19,177 nucleotides of DNA. It comes from an uncultured Thermococci archaeon (GTDB lineage: Archaea; CAYQAE01; CAYVLA01). Both the position numbers and the translations under genes were made by a program. Positions within the stretch are counted from its first letter, which is position 1; each line of letters begins with the position of its first letter. Where the stretch lies: NCBI GenBank assembly GCA_964549615.1, contig CAZJVP010000095.1, forward strand, positions 1-19,177, in the 5' to 3' direction. This document shows, piece by piece, positions 8,138 through 17,349 of this stretch. Under the pieces are notes generated by a model. The model saw only the letters and a list, made by a program, of their open reading frames with translations, was not told the DNA's origin and ran no database searches.

Positions 8138-9012
8138 CACAAGTTCGGCGGCCTGAGGCCTCGAGTCCTCGCATGTCAAGGATGTGGTGGGCCTCCTCCG
8201 CTTGGCCCAGAACCCGCGCGACGTGATGGCCTGGTTCCGCTCGCTGCAGCTTCTGGACGGCATCGGGCCGGCCACTGCCGCACGGGCGCTGGGGCATCTC
8301 TCGTCCCATCGGAGCGAGCCGGGATCCCTGCGTTCCTTTGCAGTGCCTGCCTCGGCCGCGGAATCGCTCGAGGCCCTGGTGAGCACAGTGGAGGATCTCA
8401 ACCAGGTCCGGGAACTGGCGCCGACGTCCAGATCGAAAGAATCCGGTCATTCTACGATCCGCTGTTGATGAAGCACAACGAGAACCCCCTCGTGGGCATC
8501 CGGGACTTGGACAATCTGGAGAGGATAGCTTCGGAGTACCGCTCGGCCACCAGATTCCTGGAAGTCCTCACGCTCGACCCCCGGCCTCGACGAGCGACCT
8601 GGCAGGCGATCCGACAAAGGATGAGGACTGGCTGGTCCTTTCAACCATCCATTCGGCGAAGGGATGGGAGTGGGACGTCGTCTACCTGATCCACGCCGCC
8701 GACGGCTGTCTTCCCTCCGATGTTTCCACAGGGTCGGAGGAGGAGGTCGAGGAGGAACGTCGCTTGGCGTACGTGGCAATGACCCGGGCGAGGGACTTCC
8801 TCTACGTAACTTGGCCCCTCCGCTACTACCACAAGCGCCACAGGTACGGCGATCGGCACAGCTATGCGCAACTCTCGAGGTTCATCACGGAAAGCGTTCG
8901 CGCGAAGTTCGACCAAATCAATTTCGCCAATGTTGGTGCTGATGGGTTCGAGCCGGCCGGTGCTCAAATCGAAGGGGATGTCCGGCTGAAGCTTAGGGCG
9001 ATGTGGGGCTAG
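8138..9012 (+). pseudogene. uvrD: UvrD/REP helicase 3' half with three frameshifts; begins with the right CACAA repeat (8138-8142)
   Basis: HKFGGLR / LESSHVKDVVGLLRLAQNPRD...LDGIGPATA / DVQIERIRSFYDPLL...LTLDP / ASTSDLAG...LSTIHSAKGWEWDVVY (motif V)...EERRLAYVAMTRAR (motif VI). Shifts are near 8159, 8422 and 8578-8582. Confidence 0.92.
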
Positions 9013-9431
9013 GTCGATCGGGTTTCCTGGTGGTCGAGGAGGCTTGCTACTCGAATCCAACCAAGCTGCCGTCTTCGAGGTCGTCCATTCAGGAAGGGCC
9101 GCCGATGCCACTGCATCGTTGATATTCCGCGCCAAGGCGGATGGAGATGGGCGCGAGGCGGACCGAGCCCTGGCACTGGGTCGGCATCGCCTGGCGAGCA
9201 TGCGATCGATGGCCGCAGATGAGGCAAGCGGCAGCAAGACCTTGTGGACCGCAAGCCGATCTGCCGGGGCGTGCGCTTGGCGTTGCGGGCCTGTGGGTGT
9301 CCCGATCTGGGCTAGGTTCGCTGGCGTGGGCGCATTCGGGCGATGCTCGGCATCGGGCGCCGGAACCGGAGTGTCCGATTTGGAATGGAGGACCGTTCAA
9401 GTTGTTCTTCCTATGTTGGTGCTCTGTGTGG

Positions 9432-10679
9432 CTAGGTTCCAGGAGAAGGGGGGAGCCTGGTCACCCCAATCTCCTTATAGACGCGCCGCTTGACCATGAG
9501 GGCATATGTGGCCAGGCCGCAGGCCATGGCAGTTCCGCTCACCGCAGCCCACTCAGTGAGGTAGACCCAGAAAAGCGCCTGCTCCTTCAACCTGACCGAC
9601 TTCGCCTCGATCTCCATCATCATTGCAAGGCATCTGTCAACGGTGTCCTTGGCGGTCGAGTGGTCCTGTTTGAGATACAGGTCCTTGGCGCGGGATCTGA
9701 GTTGGCTGACCTGGTCTAGGTCCATCTCAATGCTCCTAGCAGACGCGCCGAAGGTCTCCGTGAAAGCCACTACCGCGAGAACGAGCTGGGTCCTGATCTG
9801 CATGTCGCGCAGGCCGCGCCTGATGGCATTCGTGAGGAAGATGTCTTGGGGGATCTCCTCTCCGACAAGCCAGTAAAACTGGTTTAGGAAGAAGTCCGGA
9901 TAGAAGTCCCACTGTTGCGCGGTCTGGCCGTCCATCCAGTCCAGGCCGGCCACAGTCGCGGCGGCCCGGCCGAGGCCGTACTCCCTGGTCATTATCGCGT
10001 CTATGTCGGTGTAGCGGAACCACGCTATGGTCTCGGCCCCTGGCCTGGGGACCTCGAGGCCATACACGCCGGCCCCAAAGAGCATGAAGCGATCCACGCC
10101 TGGGAGGTCGACGAGGGGGTTGCCCTTTTCGACCCTGATCCCATCCGGGGCCCGACCGGGCTGCCCCAGCCAGCCGCTGACCGGGATTAGCAGTTCGGGC
10201 ATGTCCGCAGGGAAAACTGGGTAGACAGCGCTCGCCCACCAGTGCTCCATGGGGTAGGCGCCTCCTCCGACTTGGTAATGCAGCTCGTACTTGGCAAGGC
10301 CCGCCCCCTCGTCGCGCACCGCCCGCTCAAACCACCGGTAGTGTTCGGCTTCAAGCATCATCATGGGGTAGTCGGAGAGGATGATCAGGTCGTATCTGGA
10401 CAGGAAGTCCTCGTACCTTCGGGGTATGTAAAGTCGAACGAACCTCTTGAGTGCGTCCGGGCCGCCGAAGGTGAAGGTTCCCTCGTACAGGTTGGCAGGG
10501 AGAGGGTTGTACTCGACCTTGGGGTCTCCGGCCACGACCAGCGGGAGTATGGTCTCGGGGTAATAGGACTCCCCGATGCATAGCACCCGGATCACGCCGG
10601 TTGGGCCGGTCTTGGCCAGGGCTGCGCCCGGGGAGATGACGGCCAACAGTGCGACGGCGGCGAGGGTGCTTCGCTCCAT
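9432..10679 (-). CDS. Secreted, C-terminally membrane-anchored class I GATase-like (DUF1355-like) protein, paralog A
   Basis: Signal peptide, IRVLCIGES, YDLIILSD and REYGLGR motifs, helical stalk, then TM and tail ALFWVYLTEWAAVSGT...LMVKRRVYKEI. ATG 10679 was chosen by alignment with paralog C; the ORF extends to 10715. Confidence 0.85.
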   Translation of the reverse strand: MERSTLAAVALLAVISPGAALAKTGPTGVIRVLCIGESYYPETILPLVVAGDPKVEYNPLPANLYEGTFTFGGPDALKRFVRLYIPRRYEDFLSRYDLIILSDYPMMMLEAEHYRWFERAVRDEGAGLAKYELHYQVGGGAYPMEHWWASAVYPVFPADMPELLIPVSGWLGQPGRAPDGIRVEKGNPLVDLPGVDRFMLFGAGVYGLEVPRPGAETIAWFRYTDIDAIMTREYGLGRAAATVAGLDWMDGQTAQQWDFYPDFFLNQFYWLVGEEIPQDIFLTNAIRRGLRDMQIRTQLVLAVVAFTETFGASARSIEMDLDQVSQLRSRAKDLYLKQDHSTAKDTVDRCLAMMMEIEAKSVRLKEQALFWVYLTEWAAVSGTAMACGLATYALMVKRRVYKEIGVTRLPPSPGT

Positions 10680-10714
10680 GCGAGGCATTACTGCAGCACC
10701 TTTGGCGCTGCTCA

Positions 10715-10724
10715 AATGTATATC
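10715..10724 (-). promoter_or_regulatory. Putative archaeal TATA-like box for paralog A
   Basis: GATATACATT 36 bp upstream of ATG 10679; an equivalent GAATATATTT lies 38 bp upstream of paralog C. Confidence 0.45.
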
Positions 10725-11053
10725 GTGCCATTTCCATAGCCAGCCGTTCCATTCTTGACGTTCTGAGGAAGGAGCAGAACCACGCCAGAGCCGTCAGACG
10801 ACTGAACAGGGTCAGGGAGGACTAGGATCTGCGCACACCGGTGCGGTGATCCGCGAGATCTCCACGCCCTTTCATGAAGAGGACGATGATGCCGGAGAGG
10901 CCAAAGCTTGCGTCGTTGCCATCGCAGGTCTGACGATGCTCGAATCGATCACCAGTTCGATCTCGCACGTGCGCCGTGCTCCGGGTCTCTCCATGCGACG
11001 CCCTCGATCGGGTAGACCTTGAGTTGTGCTTGTTCTTGAGAGGGATGCCGCTG

Positions 11054-12442
11054 CTAGCTGTAGACGAAGTAGGCGGTGGCGGTACAATCCTGCTCGGCAG
11101 TGATCCGGACCCAGTGAGCCGAGAACGCATCGGGGAACTCGTGGTGCACGTAGCCGCCGCCGGGGACCTTGAAGGAGTCGTACTCCTTCCAGCTTCCGTT
11201 GCCAAGGAAGTCGACCTCGATCAGGAAGGTCGACTCGCGGCCCGACTTCTGGCAGATGTGCACGACCTTCTTGTCAAAGCCCGTCATCAGGAACGGGTCC
11301 GACGTCTGGCCAGCCCGAACGGCTTCCTCCCACCAGGGGCCACCCCAGCCGCTGGGCTTGCCCATTTGCCATAACTCGTCGATGTTGCCGAACCACAGGC
11401 CGGACTGTGGCTGACCCTCGTCGTGGTCGATCTGATCGCCAGCCAAAACAAACAGGCCGCGCCAGTAGCAGAAATCGGGGACGAGTCGCAGGTGGGTGCA
11501 GATCGGGCGCACGCCCCAGACCCGGCCCGAGTAGGCGAAGGGCGGAAGCTCATAGAACATGCCGTGCAGATCCATCAGGTAGCGCTCGGTCTGGGCATGG
11601 CGGATCCGCATCCACTCCGTGTTCCAAGTGTGGTCGAAACACTGGCCCGCTTTGGGAAGGAGGTAGCGCGACCACGCGCCCCTGTTGTACACCCTGAGGA
11701 TCGCCGAGGAGCGACACCACCCCGTGGCGTAGACGGATGGGCCCCCGTAGCGTGGGCCTCCGCCGCCTCCGGCCCCGACGAACGGGTTTCGTTCAACGAT
11801 CGTCCAACGGTTCCCATCCCAACAAGCGAGGCGCCCTGCCTGACGCTCGCCAAGGAACTCCTCCTCTTCGTAGGTGTTGTGTGTGACCACCAGGCGATCT
11901 GCGGCGCAGAACGCGTCCTTGAAGTGGGCTTGTGCCCCGGCCGGAATGTCAAGCTCTCTGACGAGGTCAAAGAGGAGGGTGGCCTTGAGGGTTCTGACAT
12001 CCACCTCGTAGAGCCTACCCTCCATGGTGAGGAAGTAGACCAGTCTTTCCGGGTCGGTGAGGTGGGTGGCGGTGGCTGCAAGCCTCTGTTTTCTCAGGGC
12101 CGCTATCGTTCGGACCTTGCCGTCGGCATCTATGGCGTGCGGCCCTATGAAGGCCTGGTCCGAGGGCCAGTGGGGCAGGCGGTTGGCGAAGGTCCCGGTC
12201 ACGGACGCACGGTGACGCCGCATGGACATGTCCTCGTCGATCTCGTAGAGGCCAAGGCCCCGGCCCTCGATATGCGAGACGTACCCGACGGCCCAAAGCT
12301 TGTCCGCCCAGGGGATGAGCGCGCCGATGCCGGCTTCGGTTCGGCTGCCCACGCCCCTCGCCATCGCGGTGATGTGGGGGAAGACGCCTTTCACCTGTGG
12401 GTACTGCCTTTTCCTCGTCGGCCTAGTAGCTCGATCCGGCAT
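11054..12442 (-). CDS. Conserved hypothetical beta-rich protein of unknown function
   Basis: Long Trp/Gly/His-rich ORF (GIGALIPWADKLW, GTFANRLPHWPS, WNTEWMRIR, QPQSGLWF, GWGGPW, SDPFLMTGFDKK). From memory it resembles an uncharacterised family common in bacteria. The start at 12442 is inferred from the promoter position; the ORF extends to 12493. Confidence 0.85.
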   Translation of the reverse strand: MPDRATRPTRKRQYPQVKGVFPHITAMARGVGSRTEAGIGALIPWADKLWAVGYVSHIEGRGLGLYEIDEDMSMRRHRASVTGTFANRLPHWPSDQAFIGPHAIDADGKVRTIAALRKQRLAATATHLTDPERLVYFLTMEGRLYEVDVRTLKATLLFDLVRELDIPAGAQAHFKDAFCAADRLVVTHNTYEEEEFLGERQAGRLACWDGNRWTIVERNPFVGAGGGGGPRYGGPSVYATGWCRSSAILRVYNRGAWSRYLLPKAGQCFDHTWNTEWMRIRHAQTERYLMDLHGMFYELPPFAYSGRVWGVRPICTHLRLVPDFCYWRGLFVLAGDQIDHDEGQPQSGLWFGNIDELWQMGKPSGWGGPWWEEAVRAGQTSDPFLMTGFDKKVVHICQKSGRESTFLIEVDFLGNGSWKEYDSFKVPGGGYVHHEFPDAFSAHWVRITAEQDCTATAYFVYS

Positions 12443-12465
12443 AGCGCTTTGTGGTCTGGGCATGG

Positions 12466-12479
12466 CTTTAACCCTTTTG
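12466..12479 (-). promoter_or_regulatory. Putative archaeal BRE-TATA promoter (CAAAAGGGTTAAAG)
   Basis: Purine-rich BRE followed by TTAAA about 25 bp before ATG 12442, the spacing typical of leaderless archaeal transcripts. Confidence 0.5.
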
Positions 12480-12817
12480 CCAACGTGACGCACAGAAAGG
12501 GGCTACGATGGAAGCGCCAAGCCATGCTCTCGGGCGCGAGGGGTAGCGCGGTTGCACCGCCCGTTTGGCAACTTCGTACAGCTTGGCATTTGCGGTCCAA
12601 TCGGCGATGCTCTTGGGTTCGGCAATCTAAAGCGAGTTGTGGGCAGAAAGGTTTTCGCCCAATCCCCTGCGAAGAGGGGAGGGGTAATTCGGAGGCATTG
12701 CGCTGATGGTGGTGCGCTAGGACAGAAGCATTGGGAGGATGGCAAGCGCCGCATATTGCGTGAAATATGGTTCTCTAACGGGCGGTTGGCGTGCGGGTGG
12801 GGATGAGCGTCGCGCCG

Positions 12818-14164
12818 CTAACCATCGTTCCCCGAAAGGTGAGATGGTCCGTCCGGTACTCCAAGGCGTGTGGTTGCTACCTCTCGGTACAGCCTGCGGC
12901 GGACCATGAGCGTCCAGAGGACGAACCCGCAGGCAAGGAGGGTCCCGGTAACTGCCACCCACTGCGTGAGGTAGATCCAGAGAAGCGCTCTTTCCTTCAG
13001 GTGCAATGCGTCGTTCGTGAGTGCTGCGAACCTGGACATCGCTGACTCCATGATGTCCTTAGCGGCGGCGAAGTCGCAAGCCCGATACTTGTCGAAGGAT
13101 GTCAGCCTCAGCCTGTCTACCTCATCCATCTGGAGATACACGCCTTGCGTGTTGGCCCCAAACCCATCGATGAAGTCGAGAAGGCCGATCAGCAGCGATC
13201 TTTCCACGTTGTAGTCGAAGTAAAGCCTACGCAGCCGGTGCACCTGGAGGATGTCTTGGGGCAGCGAGGCGCCGGTTGAGTGAAGGAGGATGTTCAGGAA
13301 GACGTCGCCTGCGTACTCGTTTTCGCAGGGGCCAAGCACCGACGACCACCACCGGGCATCGAGGTCGTCCGCCACGGCCCAGAAGATGCCGCCCGTCGGC
13401 CCGACCCTCCACGAGATCAGCCAGTCGGTTTCCTTTCCGAGGCCGAGTGACATCATCGCCTCTGCCACGACTTTCAACCTGCCCCAGACCGTTGCACCCT
13501 GTCTTGTGGTTAGATGCGAGAACTGGGATCCCTGGATCGTCTCAATCCCCAAGGGCTTGAAGGCCGACAATACCGGGGGATCATCCTTGACGATCCTGAT
13601 GGTGAAGACGGAAGAATCAGCCTTCATCCTCTCGCTGAGCTCGACTGGTAGGATCTCCTTCAGCACTGCGTTCGACCAACTCGGGTACACCGACCCGCCT
13701 GGGTTGGATAGGCCCCCTCCCATCGTGACCAACGCTCCCAGCCCGTTCTCAACTGCGTATTTCATGTCGGCTATCTGAGACGGGGTGAATGGATCCAACC
13801 GTCCGTCGGGGAAGGCCAGGAAATCGAAGCCTTCAGTCAAGGCCTCTCTTGTCTTGGGGAAATAGAGGCGGACGGCTCTCTGCCAGTCGAGATCACTGCC
13901 ACCAACTGAGATGCCCTTGGTTGGGACGAGGACGTAATCGACGAGTGGATCCGCATCGAACCATAGCGAGATCGGGCAATCCCCCGGCATCACCTGGCCT
14001 ATCGCCAGTACGCGGATCTGACCTGCGGCGAGGACGGCCGGTGAGAGAAGTAGGAGGGAGAGAGGCGTCCAGGCGAGGCGCGCTGAAATTGAAATCCTGC
14101 GACGTCTCAAACCGGTCCAGATTTTTTCAGTCATCAGGCGAGATACCATCCATCTAGGCTCCAA
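12818..14164 (-). CDS. Secreted, C-terminally anchored GATase/DUF1355-like protein, paralog B
   Basis: IRVLAIGQ, RLYFPKT, LPQD, FIDGFGAN and LKERALLWIYLTQWVAVTGT...LMVRRRLYREV are shared with paralogs A and C. The real start may be ATG 14134. Confidence 0.85.
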   Translation of the reverse strand: MEPRWMVSRLMTEKIWTGLRRRRISISARLAWTPLSLLLLSPAVLAAGQIRVLAIGQVMPGDCPISLWFDADPLVDYVLVPTKGISVGGSDLDWQRAVRLYFPKTREALTEGFDFLAFPDGRLDPFTPSQIADMKYAVENGLGALVTMGGGLSNPGGSVYPSWSNAVLKEILPVELSERMKADSSVFTIRIVKDDPPVLSAFKPLGIETIQGSQFSHLTTRQGATVWGRLKVVAEAMMSLGLGKETDWLISWRVGPTGGIFWAVADDLDARWWSSVLGPCENEYAGDVFLNILLHSTGASLPQDILQVHRLRRLYFDYNVERSLLIGLLDFIDGFGANTQGVYLQMDEVDRLRLTSFDKYRACDFAAAKDIMESAMSRFAALTNDALHLKERALLWIYLTQWVAVTGTLLACGFVLWTLMVRRRLYREVATTRLGVPDGPSHLSGNDG

Positions 14165-14492
14165 CCTCGAGATAGCGGCGGAGGGCCGACGTTAGGTCAC
14201 CGCCGAAGGCGCGAGCGCTCCGTACGTTAATTACTTTTCCGTCTGTGGTGGCGTAGGGGATCTCGAATGTGGTCGAGAGCCTTATGCCCTCAAGGACGCG
14301 CGCCCAGTCGCTGAAGCTCCTATCAGTTCCATCCTCCCTGTTCCACTCTTGGCCGAAGGGAATGTTGTCTGAGGCCCTGTAGGGTAGCGTGCCCCTTGCC
14401 GTGCTTCTTAGGATTCCCCCGAAGGCGCACTGTTCCCGCCACTTGCCTTGGTCCCGGCTTCCAACCATGTAGATTACTTCCTTGTGCGGGCC
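14154..14492 (-). pseudogene. 3' fragment of an M14-family (zinc carboxypeptidase-like) protein
   Basis: GPHKEVIYMVG...LPYRASDNIPFGQEWN...SFSDWA...TTFEIPYA...SARAFGGDL resembles M14-like C-termini with the catalytic Glu in TxEIPY. The Zn-binding HxxE and DxH motifs are absent, and the ORF sequence upstream of 14492 does not look homologous. Confidence 0.6.
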
Positions 14493-14940
14493 GTGTTTGC
14501 TGGCCCTTTGAACCTCCCTCGCCCGGCATCGGAAAGGACAGATCAGAGCCGACTGAAGACTGTTTGGTCGAAGGATGAAAACCGGTTCAGCGTCCTTTTG
14601 GCGAGCGGCGGAGGCCTGGCCGTGAAGCGTCTTGAGGGTGGCGCAGGGGAGAACGCCGATAAAGGCTCGGGAATCAGTCCTGCCGTTTAGTCTGGGCACC
14701 TCAGGTCCCAGAAGAGTTCCGCTTCTAAACCTACCACGGATGGGAGTTCAATCCACCAGTTCTTCGACGAGAGTCAATGCGGCGGAGGTGGATGCGGAGG
14801 ATCTGAGCGTTCGGGGTGCGGCGAAATGGATGTCCTGCTGCAGCTGCGCGCGATGTGGGACTAGGTTATCTGGTGCCGATTGCTTCATAGCATGGGTCTA
14901 TGGAGTCGCGAGCGGATGCGGCCCTTCGTTGAGCCTACCA

Positions 14941-14956
14941 GGGGAGGTAGCTCCCC
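14941..14956 (-). terminator. GC hairpin downstream of paralog C
   Basis: GGGGAG-GTAG-CTCCCC perfect 6-bp stem, about 14 bp past the stop codon. Confidence 0.3.
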
Positions 14957-14969
14957 GGGACGCCACGGC

Positions 14970-16193
14970 CTAGCCCAGGGGGGTGAGCCTCGTCACGGAG
15001 ACCTCCTTGTACATGCGGCGCCTCACCATGAGGGTGTAGATCGCCAGACCGCAGATCATGGTGGTTCCGCTCACCGCAGCCCATTCTATCACGTAGATCA
15101 AGAGAAGAGCCCGGTCCTTGAGTTTCAGGGATTTGCCCTCGATCTCCGCCATTAGGGCGAGACATCTTTCGACCGTGTTCCTGGCCTCCGAGTAGTCCTG
15201 CTTGAGGTAGAGGTCCTTGACCTGGGACCGGAGCTGGCTGACCTCCTTTAGATCCATCTCAATGCTCCTCCCCGATGCGCCGAACGTTTCCGTGAAGGCA
15301 ATGACGGCCAAGACAAGTTGGGTGCGGATCTGCATATCGCGCAGCCCCCTTCTGATCGCATTGGTGAGGAAGACGTCCTGGGGGATGTCCTCTCCCACAA
15401 GCCAATAGAACTGGTTCAGGAAGAAGTCGGGGTAGAAGTCCCACTCCTGGGTGGTCTTGCTGTCCATCCAATCCAGGCCAGGCACGGTCGCCGCGGCCCG
15501 GCCCAGGCCGTATTCGCGGGTCATGATCGCGTCTATCTCGGTGCCCCGGAACCAGGCTATGGTCTTGGCTCCCGGCCTGGGCACCTCGAGCCCATATCGC
15601 CCATATGCGCCGGCGCCGAAGAGCATGAAGCGATCCGCGCCCGGGAGGTCGACGAGGGGGTTGCCCTTCTCGATCCTGACTCCGTCGGGGAGAACCGGGG
15701 TCAGGCGCTCGGGAAGGTCGGCAGGGAAGACCGGGTAGACCGCGCTTGCCCACCAGTCCTCCAATGGATAGCCGCCCCCTGTGACCTTGTAGCTCAGCTC
15801 GTACGTCGCGAGGCCTGCGGCCTCCTCGCGCACCGCTCGCTCGAACCATCGGTAGTGGTCGGTCTCTAGGAAGATCATGGGGTAGTCGGACAGGATGATC
15901 AGGTCGTACCTCAAGATGAAGTCCTCGTACCTTCGGGGTATGTAGAGCCGCGTAAGCCTCCTGAGGGCGTCCGGCCCAGCGAACGTGAAGGTCGCCTCGT
16001 AGATGTTTCCGGGAAGAGGGTTGTACTCCAGTTTGGGATCGCCGTCCAGGAGCAGTGGGAGGACGGTCTCGGGGTGGTATGACTCGCCGATGCACAGCAC
16101 CCGGATCACCCCGGTCGGTCCAGTCTTCGCCAGGGTTGGGCTCGAAGTAAGGATGGCCAAGAATGCGGCAGTGGCGAGGGTCCTCCGGTTCAT
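14970..16193 (-). CDS. Secreted, C-terminally anchored GATase/DUF1355-like protein, paralog C (close duplicate of A)
   Basis: 407 aa with long runs identical to paralog A (AKTGPTGVIRVLCIGESY, WDFYPDFFLNQFYWLVGE, FLTNAIRRGLRDMQIRTQLVLAV). Confidence 0.88.
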   Translation of the reverse strand: MNRRTLATAAFLAILTSSPTLAKTGPTGVIRVLCIGESYHPETVLPLLLDGDPKLEYNPLPGNIYEATFTFAGPDALRRLTRLYIPRRYEDFILRYDLIILSDYPMIFLETDHYRWFERAVREEAAGLATYELSYKVTGGGYPLEDWWASAVYPVFPADLPERLTPVLPDGVRIEKGNPLVDLPGADRFMLFGAGAYGRYGLEVPRPGAKTIAWFRGTEIDAIMTREYGLGRAAATVPGLDWMDSKTTQEWDFYPDFFLNQFYWLVGEDIPQDVFLTNAIRRGLRDMQIRTQLVLAVIAFTETFGASGRSIEMDLKEVSQLRSQVKDLYLKQDYSEARNTVERCLALMAEIEGKSLKLKDRALLLIYVIEWAAVSGTTMICGLAIYTLMVRRRMYKEVSVTRLTPLG

Positions 16194-16230
16194 TCAGCGG
16201 GCCAGTGCGGCAACATTCGCCATGGCTCGG

Positions 16231-16240
16231 AAATATATTC
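16231..16240 (-). promoter_or_regulatory. Putative archaeal TATA-like box for paralog C
   Basis: GAATATATTT in a GC-rich background, 38 bp upstream of the ATG and positionally conserved with paralog A. Confidence 0.45.
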
Positions 16241-16510
16241 TGGTGGCTGTATATGTTCGTGATCTACGGCTGCGGAGGGCTTTCGTAGATTGCCTTCGCC
16301 ATGCGTCCAGTTCGCTGTTGCTGAGGAAGGGGGAGCTTTGCCTCCTGCCTTTCCTGCGATTTCCGGGCCTGTTCCAGCAGCAACTTGCCGACGGCTTTAC
16401 GCGAGCGGCACTGTTGGGCTAAGCACCAAAAACTTCGTCTGAACGCCTGAGGGCCATGTGGACTAGAAGGAGGCCGGAGGCCAAAAGCCGGAAGAAAAGC
16501 TTTTATCGAA

Positions 16511-17104
16511 ATGGCGGCCAGACAGGGGGCGCGCGTGTTGAAGATCGTTGCCGTCCATGGGAGCGCCCGCCGCGGCGGGAATACCGATATCCTGCTTGAG
16601 CGCGCCATTGCCGGCGCAAGAGGCGAGGGGGCAGAGGTACGCCTCGTTAGGGCGGTGGAGCTGAAGATAGCTGGATGCAGAGGCTGTGATGGTTGCAAGC
16701 AGACCGGGCGGTGCGTGCAGAAGGACGACATGCAAGGCATCTATGACGAGTTCCTTGCCGCCGGCGGCTACATCTTCGCTACGCCCATCTATGGCTGGGG
16801 GCCGAGCGGACAGATCAAGCTCTTCCTAGACCGGCTGTACGCCATCGTCGGGCCGCTTCAGCGAAGGGATAGGAAGGACCGAAAGTACGCGGTGCTGATC
16901 ACCGCCTTTGGGTCGACGGATCCCTCCACGGCGGATGAGACCGTCGGCATGTTCAGGAAGATCTGCAGGCACGTGCGGGTCGACTTCCTGGGCGAGCTGC
17001 GCGTCACGGCCCAGGAAAAGGGGGAGGTCCTGAAGAAGCCCCGGGAACTTGAGAGGGCTGAGGATCTGGGCCGGGATCTTGCTCGCAGGATCAAACGCCT
17101 CTGA
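16511..17104 (+). CDS. Flavodoxin-family NAD(P)H-dependent FMN reductase / iron-sulfur flavoprotein (Isf-like)
   Basis: GSARRGGNT FMN loop, CRGCDGCKQTGRC (CxxCxxCx5C) cluster motif, DDM, ATPIY and KLFLDR. GAAAAGCTTTTAT at 16494-16506 suggests the true start is GTG 16535 or TTG 16538. Confidence 0.93.
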   Translation: MAARQGARVLKIVAVHGSARRGGNTDILLERAIAGARGEGAEVRLVRAVELKIAGCRGCDGCKQTGRCVQKDDMQGIYDEFLAAGGYIFATPIYGWGPSGQIKLFLDRLYAIVGPLQRRDRKDRKYAVLITAFGSTDPSTADETVGMFRKICRHVRVDFLGELRVTAQEKGEVLKKPRELERAEDLGRDLARRIKRL

Positions 17105-17149
17105 CCGGGCATTTTGGTAAGGATTGCATCGGAGGTCGACCCGGTTCGC

Positions 17150-17349
17150 CTTGAAATCCCTTCGTTGGAACCAGACTGTAGTCGACGAGTGAGTCCGCAT
17201 CGAACCATAGCGAGATCTGGCAATCCCCTGGGATCACTTGGCCTATTGCGAGCAACCGGATCTGGGCTCCGCCGAAAGCAGCCGGGGAGAGAACAACAAG
17301 ATCAAGAATCGTCCAAGCGAATCGCACACATATCAGACCGCTCTGGCAT
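17150..17349 (-). pseudogene. 5' relic of a GATase-like paralog close to paralog B
   Basis: QIRLLAIGQVIPGDCQISLWFDADSLVDYSLVPTKG versus QIRVLAIGQVMPGDCPISLWFDADPLVDYVLVPTKG in B. GAGGTGA precedes an out-of-frame ATG at 17349. Homology ends about 50 bp from the flavoprotein stop. Confidence 0.85.

Noticed and set aside
9200-9214. ATGCGATCGATGGC resembling 8116-8129 at the right inverted-repeat arm
   Set aside because: It lacks the outer part of the repeat and no breakpoint is evident there; probably chance.
9013-9431. Overlapping ORFs between the helicase and paralog A
   Set aside because: Low-information Ala/Arg/Gly-rich translations in several frames, none with convincing coding signals.
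11423-12706. 427-aa plus-strand ORF
   Set aside because: Antisense shadow of the motif-rich minus-strand gene 11054-12442; such shadows are common in GC-rich DNA and this one has no recognisable motifs.
14493-14699. N-terminal part of the 181-aa ORF 14154-14699 as a real gene start
   Set aside because: It lacks the M14 zinc-binding motifs expected there and looks like a fortuitous open frame fused to the fragment.
17150-17300. Possible DGR template/variable repeat pair with about 13910-14060
   Set aside because: Differences are not adenine-specific and many are synonymous, and no reverse transcriptase is in the window. It is better explained as a truncated paralog.
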